Source: Candidatus Omnitrophota bacterium | GTDB taxonomy: Bacteria > Omnitrophota > Gorgyraeia > B26-G9 | NCBI GenBank assembly: GCA_018895275.1 | Contig: JAHIOQ010000048.1 | Location: 1-58,558, forward strand | DNA: 58,558 nucleotides | Direction of reading: 5' to 3' | Shown: positions 1-7,922 of the stretch, in pieces | How the letters are laid out: every line of letters starts with the position of its first letter | Position numbering within the stretch: the stretch's first letter is position 1 | The notes under the pieces: model-generated | Told to the model about the DNA's origin: nothing | Databases searched by the model: none | What the model saw: only the letters and a program-made list of their open reading frames with translations | Translations under genes and position numbers: made by a program

Positions 1-593
1 TTCCTCAGTGCCTGGGACATAAGGCGCGCCTGCAGCCCCATATGGGAATCACCCATATCACCTTCGATTTCCGCCCGGGGCGTCAACGCCGCTACGGAAT
101 CAATGATAATAATATCCACGGCATTGCTGCGCACCAGCGTTTCGGTAATCTCCAGGGCCTGTTCCCCGGTATCCGGCTGCGAAATAAGCAAATCATCCAA
201 ATTAAGGCCCAGTTTCTTTGCATAGGAGGGATCAAAAGCATGTTCCGCGTCGATAAAAGCGGCAACCCCGCCTGTTTTCTGCGCCTGCGCCGCGGTGCTC
301 AGGCTTAATGTTGTTTTTCCACTTGCCTCCGGCCCGAAGATCTCGACAATTCTGCCTCTGGGTAATCCGCCTACTCCTAATGCAATATCCAAGGCCAACG
401 CGCCCGTGGGAATCACATCGATATTCATCTTTGATTCCTGCCCGAGCTTCATAATCGACCCCTTTCCGAATTGTTTCTCTATATGTTCCAGAGCCAACTC
501 CAGTGCCTTAAGCTTTTGCGGCATATCCTGAGTTTTTGTTTCTTTTTCCGCGTTTTTTATTTCTTTTTCCGTCTTAACCGATTTCTTCTCCAT
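1..593 (-). CDS. recA: Recombinase RecA, 5' part (runs off the window start)
   Basis: Not in the ORF track; translated by hand. ATG at 593 after GGAGG gives MEKKSVK...[21 protein letters not shown]...[59 protein letters not shown], the canonical RecA motifs. Confidence 0.98.
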   Translation of the reverse strand, partial: MEKKSVKTEKEIKNAEKETKTQDMPQKLKALELALEHIEKQFGKGSIMKLGQESKMNIDVIPTGALALDIALGVGGLPRGRIVEIFGPEASGKTTLSLSTAAQAQKTGGVAAFIDAEHAFDPSYAKKLGLNLDDLLISQPDTGEQALEITETLVRSNAVDIIIIDSVAALTPRAEIEGDMGDSHMGLQARLMSQALR

Positions 594-639
594 GATTACC
601 TCCGTAAGTAATTAATTATAGTGCTATCCGCGCATGGTT

Positions 640-1038
640 TCAACCTTTATTAAGTCCGGCGACATATTTCATTCGCAGCTCATACAAAATCTGGTCAATT
701 ATCTTTGCCTCTTCTTCCGTGAGATTATTTTTAGTCTTTTCCTGAATCATGGAAATCGTATCGATTAAATACTTCGCTTGCTCCGGCTCCGTTTCTTTCT
801 TGTTTGTAATCGGATTTTCAATCTCGCCCAGGGCGATCAGCGCCTGCATCGCCAAACTTGATATAAAAACCGAGAAAGTCGGCTCAGGAAACTCTTCCAT
901 CTGTGAAGCCGAAGATGAATCTTCATTTACAACCGTTTCTTTTACAACCGTTTCTTTTACAACCGTTTCTTTTACAACCGTTTCTTTTTCCGTTTCAACC
1001 TTGTCCTTCCAGCTTTCATCCACTCTTTTTTCGCTCAT
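640..1038 (-). CDS. DUF1844-family protein with a (KETVV)4 linker
   Basis: C-terminal FSVFISSLAMQALIALGEIENP...AKYLIDTISMIQEKTKNNLTEEE...LYELRMKYV pattern is typical of DUF1844; AAGGAGG ribosome-binding site upstream. Confidence 0.8.
   Translation of the reverse strand: MSEKRVDESWKDKVETEKETVVKETVVKETVVKETVVNEDSSSASQMEEFPEPTFSVFISSLAMQALIALGEIENPITNKKETEPEQAKYLIDTISMIQEKTKNNLTEEEAKIIDQILYELRMKYVAGLNKG
926..985. repeat. Perfect 15-bp tandem repeat x4 (TTTACAACCGTTTCT), in frame within the DUF1844 gene
   Basis: Units read directly at 926, 941, 956 and 971. Confidence 0.95.
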
Positions 1039-1090
1039 ACCATCCTCCTTAATGAACAGACCTGTAGGCCCTCAGGCCGTCTGTGAATTA

Positions 1091-1150
1091 ACTCCGACGA
1101 ATGCGGGAAAATTATCAAAGAGAATTTTACCGCTTCTCATGAGTCGGAGT
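1091..1150. repeat. Intergenic imperfect hairpin, REP/MITE-like (ACTCCGAC...GTCGGAGT)
   Basis: Outer 8-bp inverted repeat plus inner GCGGGAAAATT/AATTTTACCGC arms. Confidence 0.6.
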
Positions 1151-1200
1151 ATTTCCTTTATTTATATCATTTCAAAATTAATAGCGCAGGTTTTGTTTTT

Positions 1201-2013
1201 TCAGAAGATAACCATACCAGCGTATCCCACGACACTTGAATAGTCACCCGTAGTGTCCCCGCTGGTCTGATAATCAACAAGACGCGCCTGTTGCGCTCCG
1301 AGTTTTTTAGCGGCATAAAGCGCCACGGCCACAGGAGCAAATCCGCACATAGTAATATTGTGTTCACGTATACGCGCAAGCAATTTTTGCGGATTCATCT
1401 CTAAGATCGCCTCAATTGCCGCCTTATCCTTACTTTTTGCCGATTCCAGCGGTTCGTAATGCGTCATATCGGAACTGGCGACAATAAGTACGGGCTTCTT
1501 GTAGTTGACAACCGCCCGGGCGATATCATCCGCAACGGATTCAAAATTCCGGGAAATATAGTCGCCGATGATCAAAGGTACGATAGATATATTTTTATTC
1601 AGATATTGTAAAAAGGGAACCTCCACTTCGATCGAATGCTCCTGCAAGTGAGGAAGTTCGTCGTTTTTGATTAATTCCGAATTTCTCAAAAGAAATCCGG
1701 CAAGCTCTTCCGCGATATTCACTTCTCCCAGCGGGGTTTTCCATGTTCCGGAAGCCATCAGGCTGTAAGGATTTCCGAAACCGGTATGATTAGGGCCCAG
1801 GATGATAACCGTATCATAGACATTAACCTGAGAGATCGTCTTACCGGCTACGGCGCCGGAATAGACATATCCGGCATGCGGCATTATTACGGCCTTTGCA
1901 TCGGTTTTCTCTTTGCCGGCCCGGCTAACAACGGATCCCAGATATTTATTTAAAGTATCCGGATTATCCGGATAAAATTTTCCCGCACCTGCCCAAACTG
2001 ATTTTCTTATCAT
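1201..2013 (-). CDS. amrB: AmmeMemoRadiSam system protein B (MEMO1 family)
   Basis: AG.FYP, PHAGYVYSG, GPNH, EHSIEVEVPFLQ, SSDMTHY, TMCG and VVGYAG motifs. Confidence 0.95.
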   Translation of the reverse strand: MIRKSVWAGAGKFYPDNPDTLNKYLGSVVSRAGKEKTDAKAVIMPHAGYVYSGAVAGKTISQVNVYDTVIILGPNHTGFGNPYSLMASGTWKTPLGEVNIAEELAGFLLRNSELIKNDELPHLQEHSIEVEVPFLQYLNKNISIVPLIIGDYISRNFESVADDIARAVVNYKKPVLIVASSDMTHYEPLESAKSKDKAAIEAILEMNPQKLLARIREHNITMCGFAPVAVALYAAKKLGAQQARLVDYQTSGDTTGDYSSVVGYAGMVIF

Positions 2014-2042
2014 TTTTTATTTTCCCTTTAAAGCCGGTCTTA

Positions 2043-2960
2043 CTAAATACCCAGAGCAGACTTAAGATAGCCTATCCCTGCCTTTAATGCTTCGACAGTT
2101 GCCGGCTGATGAACCTCAACCACCATTATTGTATTCGTTTTTAGATACGGTTTCAAGCTTCTAAAATCAAACCTGCCTTCTCCGGGAACTTTATGGTCCT
2201 TAGCGCCGGAAACGTCATGTAAATGTATTCCGGCCATTTTTTCCGCATAGTGCTTAAGAAAATCAAGATGGCAATAGAAACCCAGGTTTTCTCCGACCTG
2301 AGCATGTCCGACATCATGCCAGTAACAAAGATTATCTTCACCCTTAAAGTAATTTAAAAGCAGGCCGATTTCGTTAAAAGAGGGGATCTCCCGGTAATAA
2401 AAGCGGTTTTCCAGGCATAGTTTAATATCCATTTGTGCTGCTTGCGGTATAAGCGCTTCCAGGCTGCGCAGAATCGCGGCTACATATGGTGCTTTTTTAT
2501 TTTCCCGCTCTTTTTTCATCTCGGAAAGCAGATTAAGATATGCCGGAGTTTCACTGCAGCCCTGTTTATAAAGTTCAATCAGTTTTTTTGTCCTTTGTTC
2601 CATTTCCACGCGGCCGGCATGGATAATAACGGCCTGCGCGCCGGATTCCCGGGCGATCCGCATCGTGTTTACGGTTAAATCCACGGCTTTGCAGCGCTGC
2701 GCCTCGTCGGGGCTGGATAAGGAAAAAAAGTCCGGCGTAAAAATCCGCGATTCAAAACCGTCGGGCACAGGGCAATAGTTATGAACGCTGCTTATCGAGC
2801 AAAACCCGTTCTTTTTGAATTGCACAATATCTTCAACCTGTCTTTTTGTCAAAGAAGATCCCAGCTCAACAGTATCGATTCCCAACGATTTGATTTCGGT
2901 TAAAATCATTCCGCCGTTATCATAGCATAAGGCATTCCAGGTAGTAGAAACGCTGAGCAT
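2043..2960 (-). CDS. Sugar phosphate isomerase/epimerase family TIM barrel (AP endonuclease 2 fold)
   Basis: SVHNYCP, LCLENR, WHDVGHA, IHLHD and VVEV metal-binding pattern. Confidence 0.85.
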   Translation of the reverse strand: MLSVSTTWNALCYDNGGMILTEIKSLGIDTVELGSSLTKRQVEDIVQFKKNGFCSISSVHNYCPVPDGFESRIFTPDFFSLSSPDEAQRCKAVDLTVNTMRIARESGAQAVIIHAGRVEMEQRTKKLIELYKQGCSETPAYLNLLSEMKKERENKKAPYVAAILRSLEALIPQAAQMDIKLCLENRFYYREIPSFNEIGLLLNYFKGEDNLCYWHDVGHAQVGENLGFYCHLDFLKHYAEKMAGIHLHDVSGAKDHKVPGEGRFDFRSLKPYLKTNTIMVVEVHQPATVEALKAGIGYLKSALGI

Positions 2961-2965
2961 GAAAA

Positions 2966-5584
2966 TTATTCCTCGGTTATTACGATAACGCTGTTATCAT
3001 TCAATAAGTATTTTCGTGCGGCATCTATGAGGCGCTCCCGGGTAACGGCGGAGATCTGTTCATCCGCGGTTAAATAATGCCTTGCCCCCAAGCCGTACAA
3101 TTCATCCAAAGCACAGGCAAAACTCAAAGAAGCATTGGATTGACGCTCTGTCTGCCTTTTTCCGAGCATATAATTTCGGGTTGTTTCGATAATGCGCGCA
3201 TCAAGTTCTCCGGACTTTATTTTTTCGATTTCTTCAGCAATACATTTTCGGACGGCCTCAACCATCTCTTTGGTTGTCGCCGCATAAACGAAAAAATACC
3301 CTGTATCGAGCCCGCTGACATAGTCCCCCCCCAATGTGTAGGATACCCCGAGCTGTTCCCGGATTCGTTTATATAAAACACCGCCGGGCGCGGTCAGGAT
3401 ATAATTGAGAAATTCCAGCACATACCGGTCGGAGTCCTTTATATCCGTTCCGGGAAAGGCGAGCATAAACACCGCCTGTTTTTTATCCCGTTTATTTTTT
3501 ACAATCATCTGCCGGCTACGTCCGGGCTCCTGAAAAACAGGCGCTTCTTTTTGCCTGGGCATCCGGCCGGGAGAGAAAAGTTTTTCCGCCAGACGAATTA
3601 TTCCCTGTTCATCAAAATCTCCGAATACGCTAACCACCGTATTATCCGGACGGCAAAAAAACCGGTATTGTTCCTTCAGGTATTTAGCGCTGATTGCCGC
3701 GATTGACTGCGGGCTGCCGAGAATATTTAAGCGGTAAGGATAGCTTTTAAAGAGTTCGGCTTTAAGGCGGTTATAGGTATCCTGGAAAATATTATCACTC
3801 TGTATTTCTAATTTTCTAAGGGTCAGATTTTTCTCAAGGGTTAATTCCTTTTCGGGAAAAATCGAATCATTCAGCATTTCCGAAATAAACTCCATTCCTT
3901 TTCTCGCGTCTTTTTTTAAAAGCGAACAACTCAGGCCAAAACTGTTTACCCCGCTGAAAGGAGACAGGCTTGCGCCCATATTCTCTATGTCCGCCGCAAT
4001 CTTTTCCGCCCCTCTTTTTTTAGTGCCTTTCAGCAGCATACGGGCCAAAAGATTGAACGTTCCGTTATTTTCCTCGTTTTCCCAGCGGGTACCGCCTTCC
4101 ATACACACCTGAATACTTACCAGCGGCTGCGTGGTATTCTTTCGCAGCAGCAGGCGCACGCCGTTCTTAAGCGTTAGTTCTTTAACCGCAGTTAGCGGCT
4201 CCGGGGTTTTAAAAATATTTTTTTCTTCTTTTTTCTGTGGCGGCCGAAGCGCCACACTCACAAAGCGGTTTTGTTTTAAATATGCGTTAACGCACCTTTG
4301 CACATCCTTTACGGTAATCCGTGCCGCCGTATCCAGATACTGTTCGGAAAAATAAGGATTTCCCGCATAGGCCTCATCCCAGGCCATGGTTAACGCCTTT
4401 GATTCCACGGTTTCCTGAGAACTTAAATAATCATGCAAAAAAACATTCTTTGCTTTTTCAAGCTCTTCATCCGTCAATCCGTTCTCCGCCAATTGTTGTA
4501 TTTGCGTAAATACCTCATCCAGCACTTTCTGCTTGTTTTCAAAATCGAGCATGGTTTTAATTATAAACATTCCGGGGAAACCGGGGGTATAATTATATGC
4601 GCTTACCCCATAAACCAACTGTTTTTCTTTATATAACGCTTTGTACAACCGGGAACTCTCTCCCTGAGCGAGGATCACGGCGAGAACATCCAGTACCGCC
4701 GCATCCGGATGCGTCAGCGGCACTCCCGGGAAAGCAATATCCATATATGTCGTTTTTGTCTCGTACTCCTCATTATAATCTGTGTGTCCCTGCAAAAAAG
4801 AAGGCTGCGGCAGGCTCTTTTTGGGGAAAACCGACATCGACATGCCGGAAAAAGCGCTTGAGACCTCATCCATGATTTCTTCCGCGGCTACATCACCGGC
4901 AATCGAAATAATCATGTTGTTCGGTATGTACCATTTTTTGTGAAAAGCAACCGCATCGTCGCGGTTAAGTTTTTTAAAAAGCGGTTCAAGTCCGATAACC
5001 GGGATGTTGTATGGAGCGCTTGAATAGGCATTACGCCAGAGAAGCAGCTGCAGATACCGTTGCGGGTCATCATGATTCATCCTTATTTCGCTTAAAATTA
5101 CTTCTTTTTCCTTTTCCAGCTCCTCTGCGTCAAAAAGAGGGTTACGAATCATATCCGCAAGCAATAAGAGGCCTTCTCGCGTGAACTGAGAAGGCAGCAC
5201 CAGTGTATAACCGGTGATTTGATGTGCCGTATAGCCGTTTATCTGTCCGCCTAAAGACTTAACCTCGTCCTCGATGCGGCCTACGCTACGTTCCCGGGTT
5301 CCTTTAAAAAGCATATGTTCGACGAGATGCGCCAGCCCTGAGCCCAATTGGTTGCCTTCATGAAAACTTCCGGTTTTCACGATAATCTCAAAAGCAACCA
5401 GTTTGTGTGTGTGGTCTTCCTGAATGAGCGCTTCCAAGCCATTGGCTAGGAAATTCTTCTTGATTCTAGCGGAGCCGGTTAGAGAAATATTATTCGCATA
5501 CTGGGCAGCGTATCCTAAAGAAATGAATCCGAGCAGCAGTACAAATCCCGTACAAAATAAAACAAACCGCTTCTTGTATTTCAT
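2966..5584 (-). CDS. M16 family zinc protease, fused alpha/beta type, with signal peptide
   Basis: HLVEH (HxxEH) in the first half, a second degenerate M16 unit, and an N-terminal hydrophobic signal peptide. Confidence 0.93.
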   Translation of the reverse strand: MKYKKRFVLFCTGFVLLLGFISLGYAAQYANNISLTGSARIKKNFLANGLEALIQEDHTHKLVAFEIIVKTGSFHEGNQLGSGLAHLVEHMLFKGTRERSVGRIEDEVKSLGGQINGYTAHQITGYTLVLPSQFTREGLLLLADMIRNPLFDAEELEKEKEVILSEIRMNHDDPQRYLQLLLWRNAYSSAPYNIPVIGLEPLFKKLNRDDAVAFHKKWYIPNNMIISIAGDVAAEEIMDEVSSAFSGMSMSVFPKKSLPQPSFLQGHTDYNEEYETKTTYMDIAFPGVPLTHPDAAVLDVLAVILAQGESSRLYKALYKEKQLVYGVSAYNYTPGFPGMFIIKTMLDFENKQKVLDEVFTQIQQLAENGLTDEELEKAKNVFLHDYLSSQETVESKALTMAWDEAYAGNPYFSEQYLDTAARITVKDVQRCVNAYLKQNRFVSVALRPPQKKEEKNIFKTPEPLTAVKELTLKNGVRLLLRKNTTQPLVSIQVCMEGGTRWENEENNGTFNLLARMLLKGTKKRGAEKIAADIENMGASLSPFSGVNSFGLSCSLLKKDARKGMEFISEMLNDSIFPEKELTLEKNLTLRKLEIQSDNIFQDTYNRLKAELFKSYPYRLNILGSPQSIAAISAKYLKEQYRFFCRPDNTVVSVFGDFDEQGIIRLAEKLFSPGRMPRQKEAPVFQEPGRSRQMIVKNKRDKKQAVFMLAFPGTDIKDSDRYVLEFLNYILTAPGGVLYKRIREQLGVSYTLGGDYVSGLDTGYFFVYAATTKEMVEAVRKCIAEEIEKIKSGELDARIIETTRNYMLGKRQTERQSNASLSFACALDELYGLGARHYLTADEQISAVTRERLIDAARKYLLNDNSVIVITEE

Positions 5585-5607
5585 AATAAAAGTAATGACG
5601 AAAACAT

Positions 5608-5790
5608 TTACCGCCGGGCAATCCGCGCATTCTTGGCTTTTCTTTTTTTGCGTTCACTGGGTTTTTCATAATGCTTTTTTGCTTTCATCTCTTTTAGCGT
5701 GCCTTCCCGATCCAGTTTTTTCTTGAAAATCCGCAGTGCCTTTTCTAAGGGTTCCCCTCTTCCAACATGAACTTGAGCCACTTTTACCAT
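5608..5790 (-). CDS. rpsU: 30S ribosomal protein S21
   Basis: GEPLEKALRIFKKK...HYEKPSERKKRK. Confidence 0.95.
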   Translation of the reverse strand: MVKVAQVHVGRGEPLEKALRIFKKKLDREGTLKEMKAKKHYEKPSERKKRKAKNARIARR

Positions 5791-5889
5791 CCTTTCTCTG
5801 TGTAATAATTCATTATAGATTATGGCGATTAATTATCCGAAAAAATTTATCTCTGCTATTTGCTTGGGGCTAAAAAACAAAGTGAATAT

Positions 5890-5918
5890 ATTATAACAAT
5901 GCATATACTGCTTGTCAA
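5890..5918 (-). promoter_or_regulatory. Consensus sigma70 promoter for rpsU (TTGACA-N17-TATAAT, extended -10)
   Basis: Minus strand reads TTGACA agcagtatatgcattgt TATAAT. Confidence 0.8.
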
Positions 5919-5920
5919 CC

Positions 5921-5965
5921 CATTCGATGTTCACTGATTCGATGTTCACTCATTCGATGTTCACT
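5921..5965. repeat. 15-bp tandem repeat x3 ([C/G]ATTCGATGTTCACT)
   Basis: Units at 5921, 5936 and 5951. Confidence 0.9.
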
Positions 5966-5993
5966 CAGCACATCTGTCCGACTATTTATTTTT

Positions 5994-6061
5994 TTCTCGC
6001 GCCAAGACGCAAAGTCCGCCAAGTTTAATTTAGTCTTTGCGTTCTTCGCGGCTTTGCGCGA
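5994..6061. repeat. Inverted short-repeat element (TCTCGCGCCAAGACGCAAAG...CTTTGCG...CTTTGCGCGA)
   Basis: Left arm 5994-6023 and right arm 6035-6061 are built from CGCAAAG/CTTTGCG units. Confidence 0.7.
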
Positions 6062-6068
6062 TTCTTCC

Positions 6069-6821
6069 TTACTCCACCATGAAGGAGGGAGCCGAGGAGT
6101 CAAGGACATCAAGATTTATCGCACCGTAACCAGCTAGCTGTGTATCGGTTATTATCAGCAGCCCGCGAATAGCTTTATTTTTTCTCCCTTGATTAATAGC
6201 TGCCGGCATATCCTCGGGATGTTTAACCAGATTACCGATTGCCGTAGCAAAGGCATCCGCGGTTACCGCGGATTTGCATAACACTATCGTAGCGCTTGTG
6301 TTGCCGAAACTTAAGGAATGGCCTATCCTACCGCTTGAAGTGCAAATTCCGCACGGCGTATCCTGCGCTGGAATGGAAATCACCAGCTTGTTGTAAACAT
6401 TGCCGATTCCGGCAAAAATACCGATTCTTCGTTCTTTTTGTGAAGCGATAAAAATATCCCCGCCGTTTTCAACAATAACGTCGGAACTGTAACGCAGCAG
6501 TTTTCTACCGACAAACTCCGCTATCGCACCGGCAACCGCGGCCATCGGCCCCACATTGGCTTTAGCCGAAGCCTTAATCATCGCCCGAATAATCGCCGGA
6601 GCGCCGGGATCAGGCGCAATCGGCACTAATGTTTTTGCAAACAAGGGATTTTTGTCGATATAAGCGCTTATTTGATTATGATAAAATACCAGCCAATATC
6701 CGGCTGTATCTTCCAGATTTATCTTCGAACTTATGTACAAATTACTCTCAAAATAACTAACTTCATATCGTAACAGGTCATCATTAAAAGTTAGGTTGCG
6801 GTAATTCCGTTTTTTGTACAT
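6069..6821 (-). CDS. UPF0280 family protein (ApbE-like superfamily)
   Basis: GPMAAVAGAIA, VIVENGGDIF, GICTSSGRIGHSLSFG and ADAFATAIGN motifs. Confidence 0.9.
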   Translation of the reverse strand: MYKKRNYRNLTFNDDLLRYEVSYFESNLYISSKINLEDTAGYWLVFYHNQISAYIDKNPLFAKTLVPIAPDPGAPAIIRAMIKASAKANVGPMAAVAGAIAEFVGRKLLRYSSDVIVENGGDIFIASQKERRIGIFAGIGNVYNKLVISIPAQDTPCGICTSSGRIGHSLSFGNTSATIVLCKSAVTADAFATAIGNLVKHPEDMPAAINQGRKNKAIRGLLIITDTQLAGYGAINLDVLDSSAPSFMVE

Positions 6822-6843
6822 GAGTCTACACAGCGTTATGTTT

Positions 6844-7530
6844 TCAGGTTCTCTCCCGGAAACAAATAACTACATTAAACGTAAGCTGGCTCTTCTGCAG
6901 ACTCTCGGGGAAAGGCGGAAAAGGCGAGGCATTTTTTACGATTTGGATTGCCGCCTCACGCAATGAATCGTCAGGAATTATATCGTTCATAATCTCCACA
7001 CTGCGCAAGCTTCCGTCCGAACCGAGCACAAAAGATATGGCAACCTCCCCTTCCGAAAATTTTTGCGGATAAACTACCGACTGACGCAATTGTTGATTAA
7101 TGAGTTGATAATAACTTATATACGTTTTATCTTTAGCCAATTCTTTTTCGGCAATACTGTTCCGGGTGATTATCTGTTTATTCTCTGTGCCGGCCGCCGA
7201 GGCAAGGCTTTCTCTTTCCTGCGGTTGTTTGTTTTCAACACATTGCTCCGCTTTTAAGGCCGCCGCAGGTTTTGTTGTTTTTAAAACCGGTTTTTTTTGC
7301 GAGCTTTTTTCTGTTTGTTTTTGACGATTACGTGCAATGCTTTGTTCTTGTTGGTGATAGGTCTCGTGCATGGCTGCCGGCAATTTAACCAAAAGATAAT
7401 TCATTGTCGCTATCTGCGGCGTTGATTCCCTCACCTGCCTATGCAGCGAAGGAAGCGGTAGTAAAACTACGGCATGCACGGACAACGAGATAAAAAATGT
7501 AGTGATGTAGACATTATTATCGGCGGTCAT
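6844..7530 (-). CDS. TonB-family energy transducer (N-terminal TM helix, TonB_C domain)
   Basis: SLSVHA TM segment with the conserved Ser/His, a low-complexity linker, then YP...GEVAISFVLGSDG...LREAAIQIVKNASPFPPFP. Confidence 0.85.
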   Translation of the reverse strand: MTADNNVYITTFFISLSVHAVVLLPLPSLHRQVRESTPQIATMNYLLVKLPAAMHETYHQQEQSIARNRQKQTEKSSQKKPVLKTTKPAAALKAEQCVENKQPQERESLASAAGTENKQIITRNSIAEKELAKDKTYISYYQLINQQLRQSVVYPQKFSEGEVAISFVLGSDGSLRSVEIMNDIIPDDSLREAAIQIVKNASPFPPFPESLQKSQLTFNVVICFRERT

Positions 7531-7653
7531 TATCGGACATTACTCCTTCTTGTATAATAATATACGACTCACCTGTTTTTTTGTCAATATTTATTTTATG
7601 CAACGTCTTAGCCCGCGAATATTCGTATCGTTTCGCTGTTTTGAATATTCCGA

Positions 7654-7681
7654 TTGACAAAATTCATAAAAAAATTATAAT
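7654..7681 (+). promoter_or_regulatory. Consensus sigma70 promoter (TTGACA-N16-TATAAT)
   Basis: Exact hexamers at 7654-7659 and 7676-7681. Confidence 0.75.
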
Positions 7682-7744
7682 AAAACAGGTAGGTTTTTAC
7701 TTATGGGGGAAAAGTATTATCACAAAAGATGGAGGTGATATAAG

Positions 7745-7876
7745 ATGGGGCGGAAAAAAATTAAATTGGTGCTTGCCGTAGTATTTATTTTTGCCGGCGC
7801 TTGCGCTATAGCTGTTTCCGGCTGTACCAGCGGCGACAGCACGACAACATCCAGCGCCAGCGGCAGTGCGAAGTAA
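7745..7876 (+). CDS. Small putative lipoprotein, 43 aa, below the ORF-track size cutoff
   Basis: GGAGGTG ribosome-binding site, then MGRKKIKLVLAVVFIFAGACAIAVSGCTSGDSTTTSSASGSAK*. Basic N-region, hydrophobic core and VSG-C lipobox. Confidence 0.75.
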   Translation: MGRKKIKLVLAVVFIFAGACAIAVSGCTSGDSTTTSSASGSAK

Positions 7877-7922
7877 TAAAAATCCAAAAGACCTGCGTTG
7901 TTAATTAAAAGGAGAAATTATC

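Noticed and set aside
5921-5965. Possible CRISPR array
   Set aside because: The 15-bp units are directly adjacent with no spacers, and there are no cas genes in the window.
6005-6020. GACGCAAAG resembling the c-di-GMP-I riboswitch core
   Set aside because: There is no upstream GGCAAA/GNRA stem; the motif is part of the CGCAAAG inverted repeat.
5915-6112. 65-aa ORF ending SEHRMSEHRISEHRMG
   Set aside because: It is a translation of the two non-coding repeat elements, overlaps the UPF0280 3' end, and has no credible ribosome-binding site.
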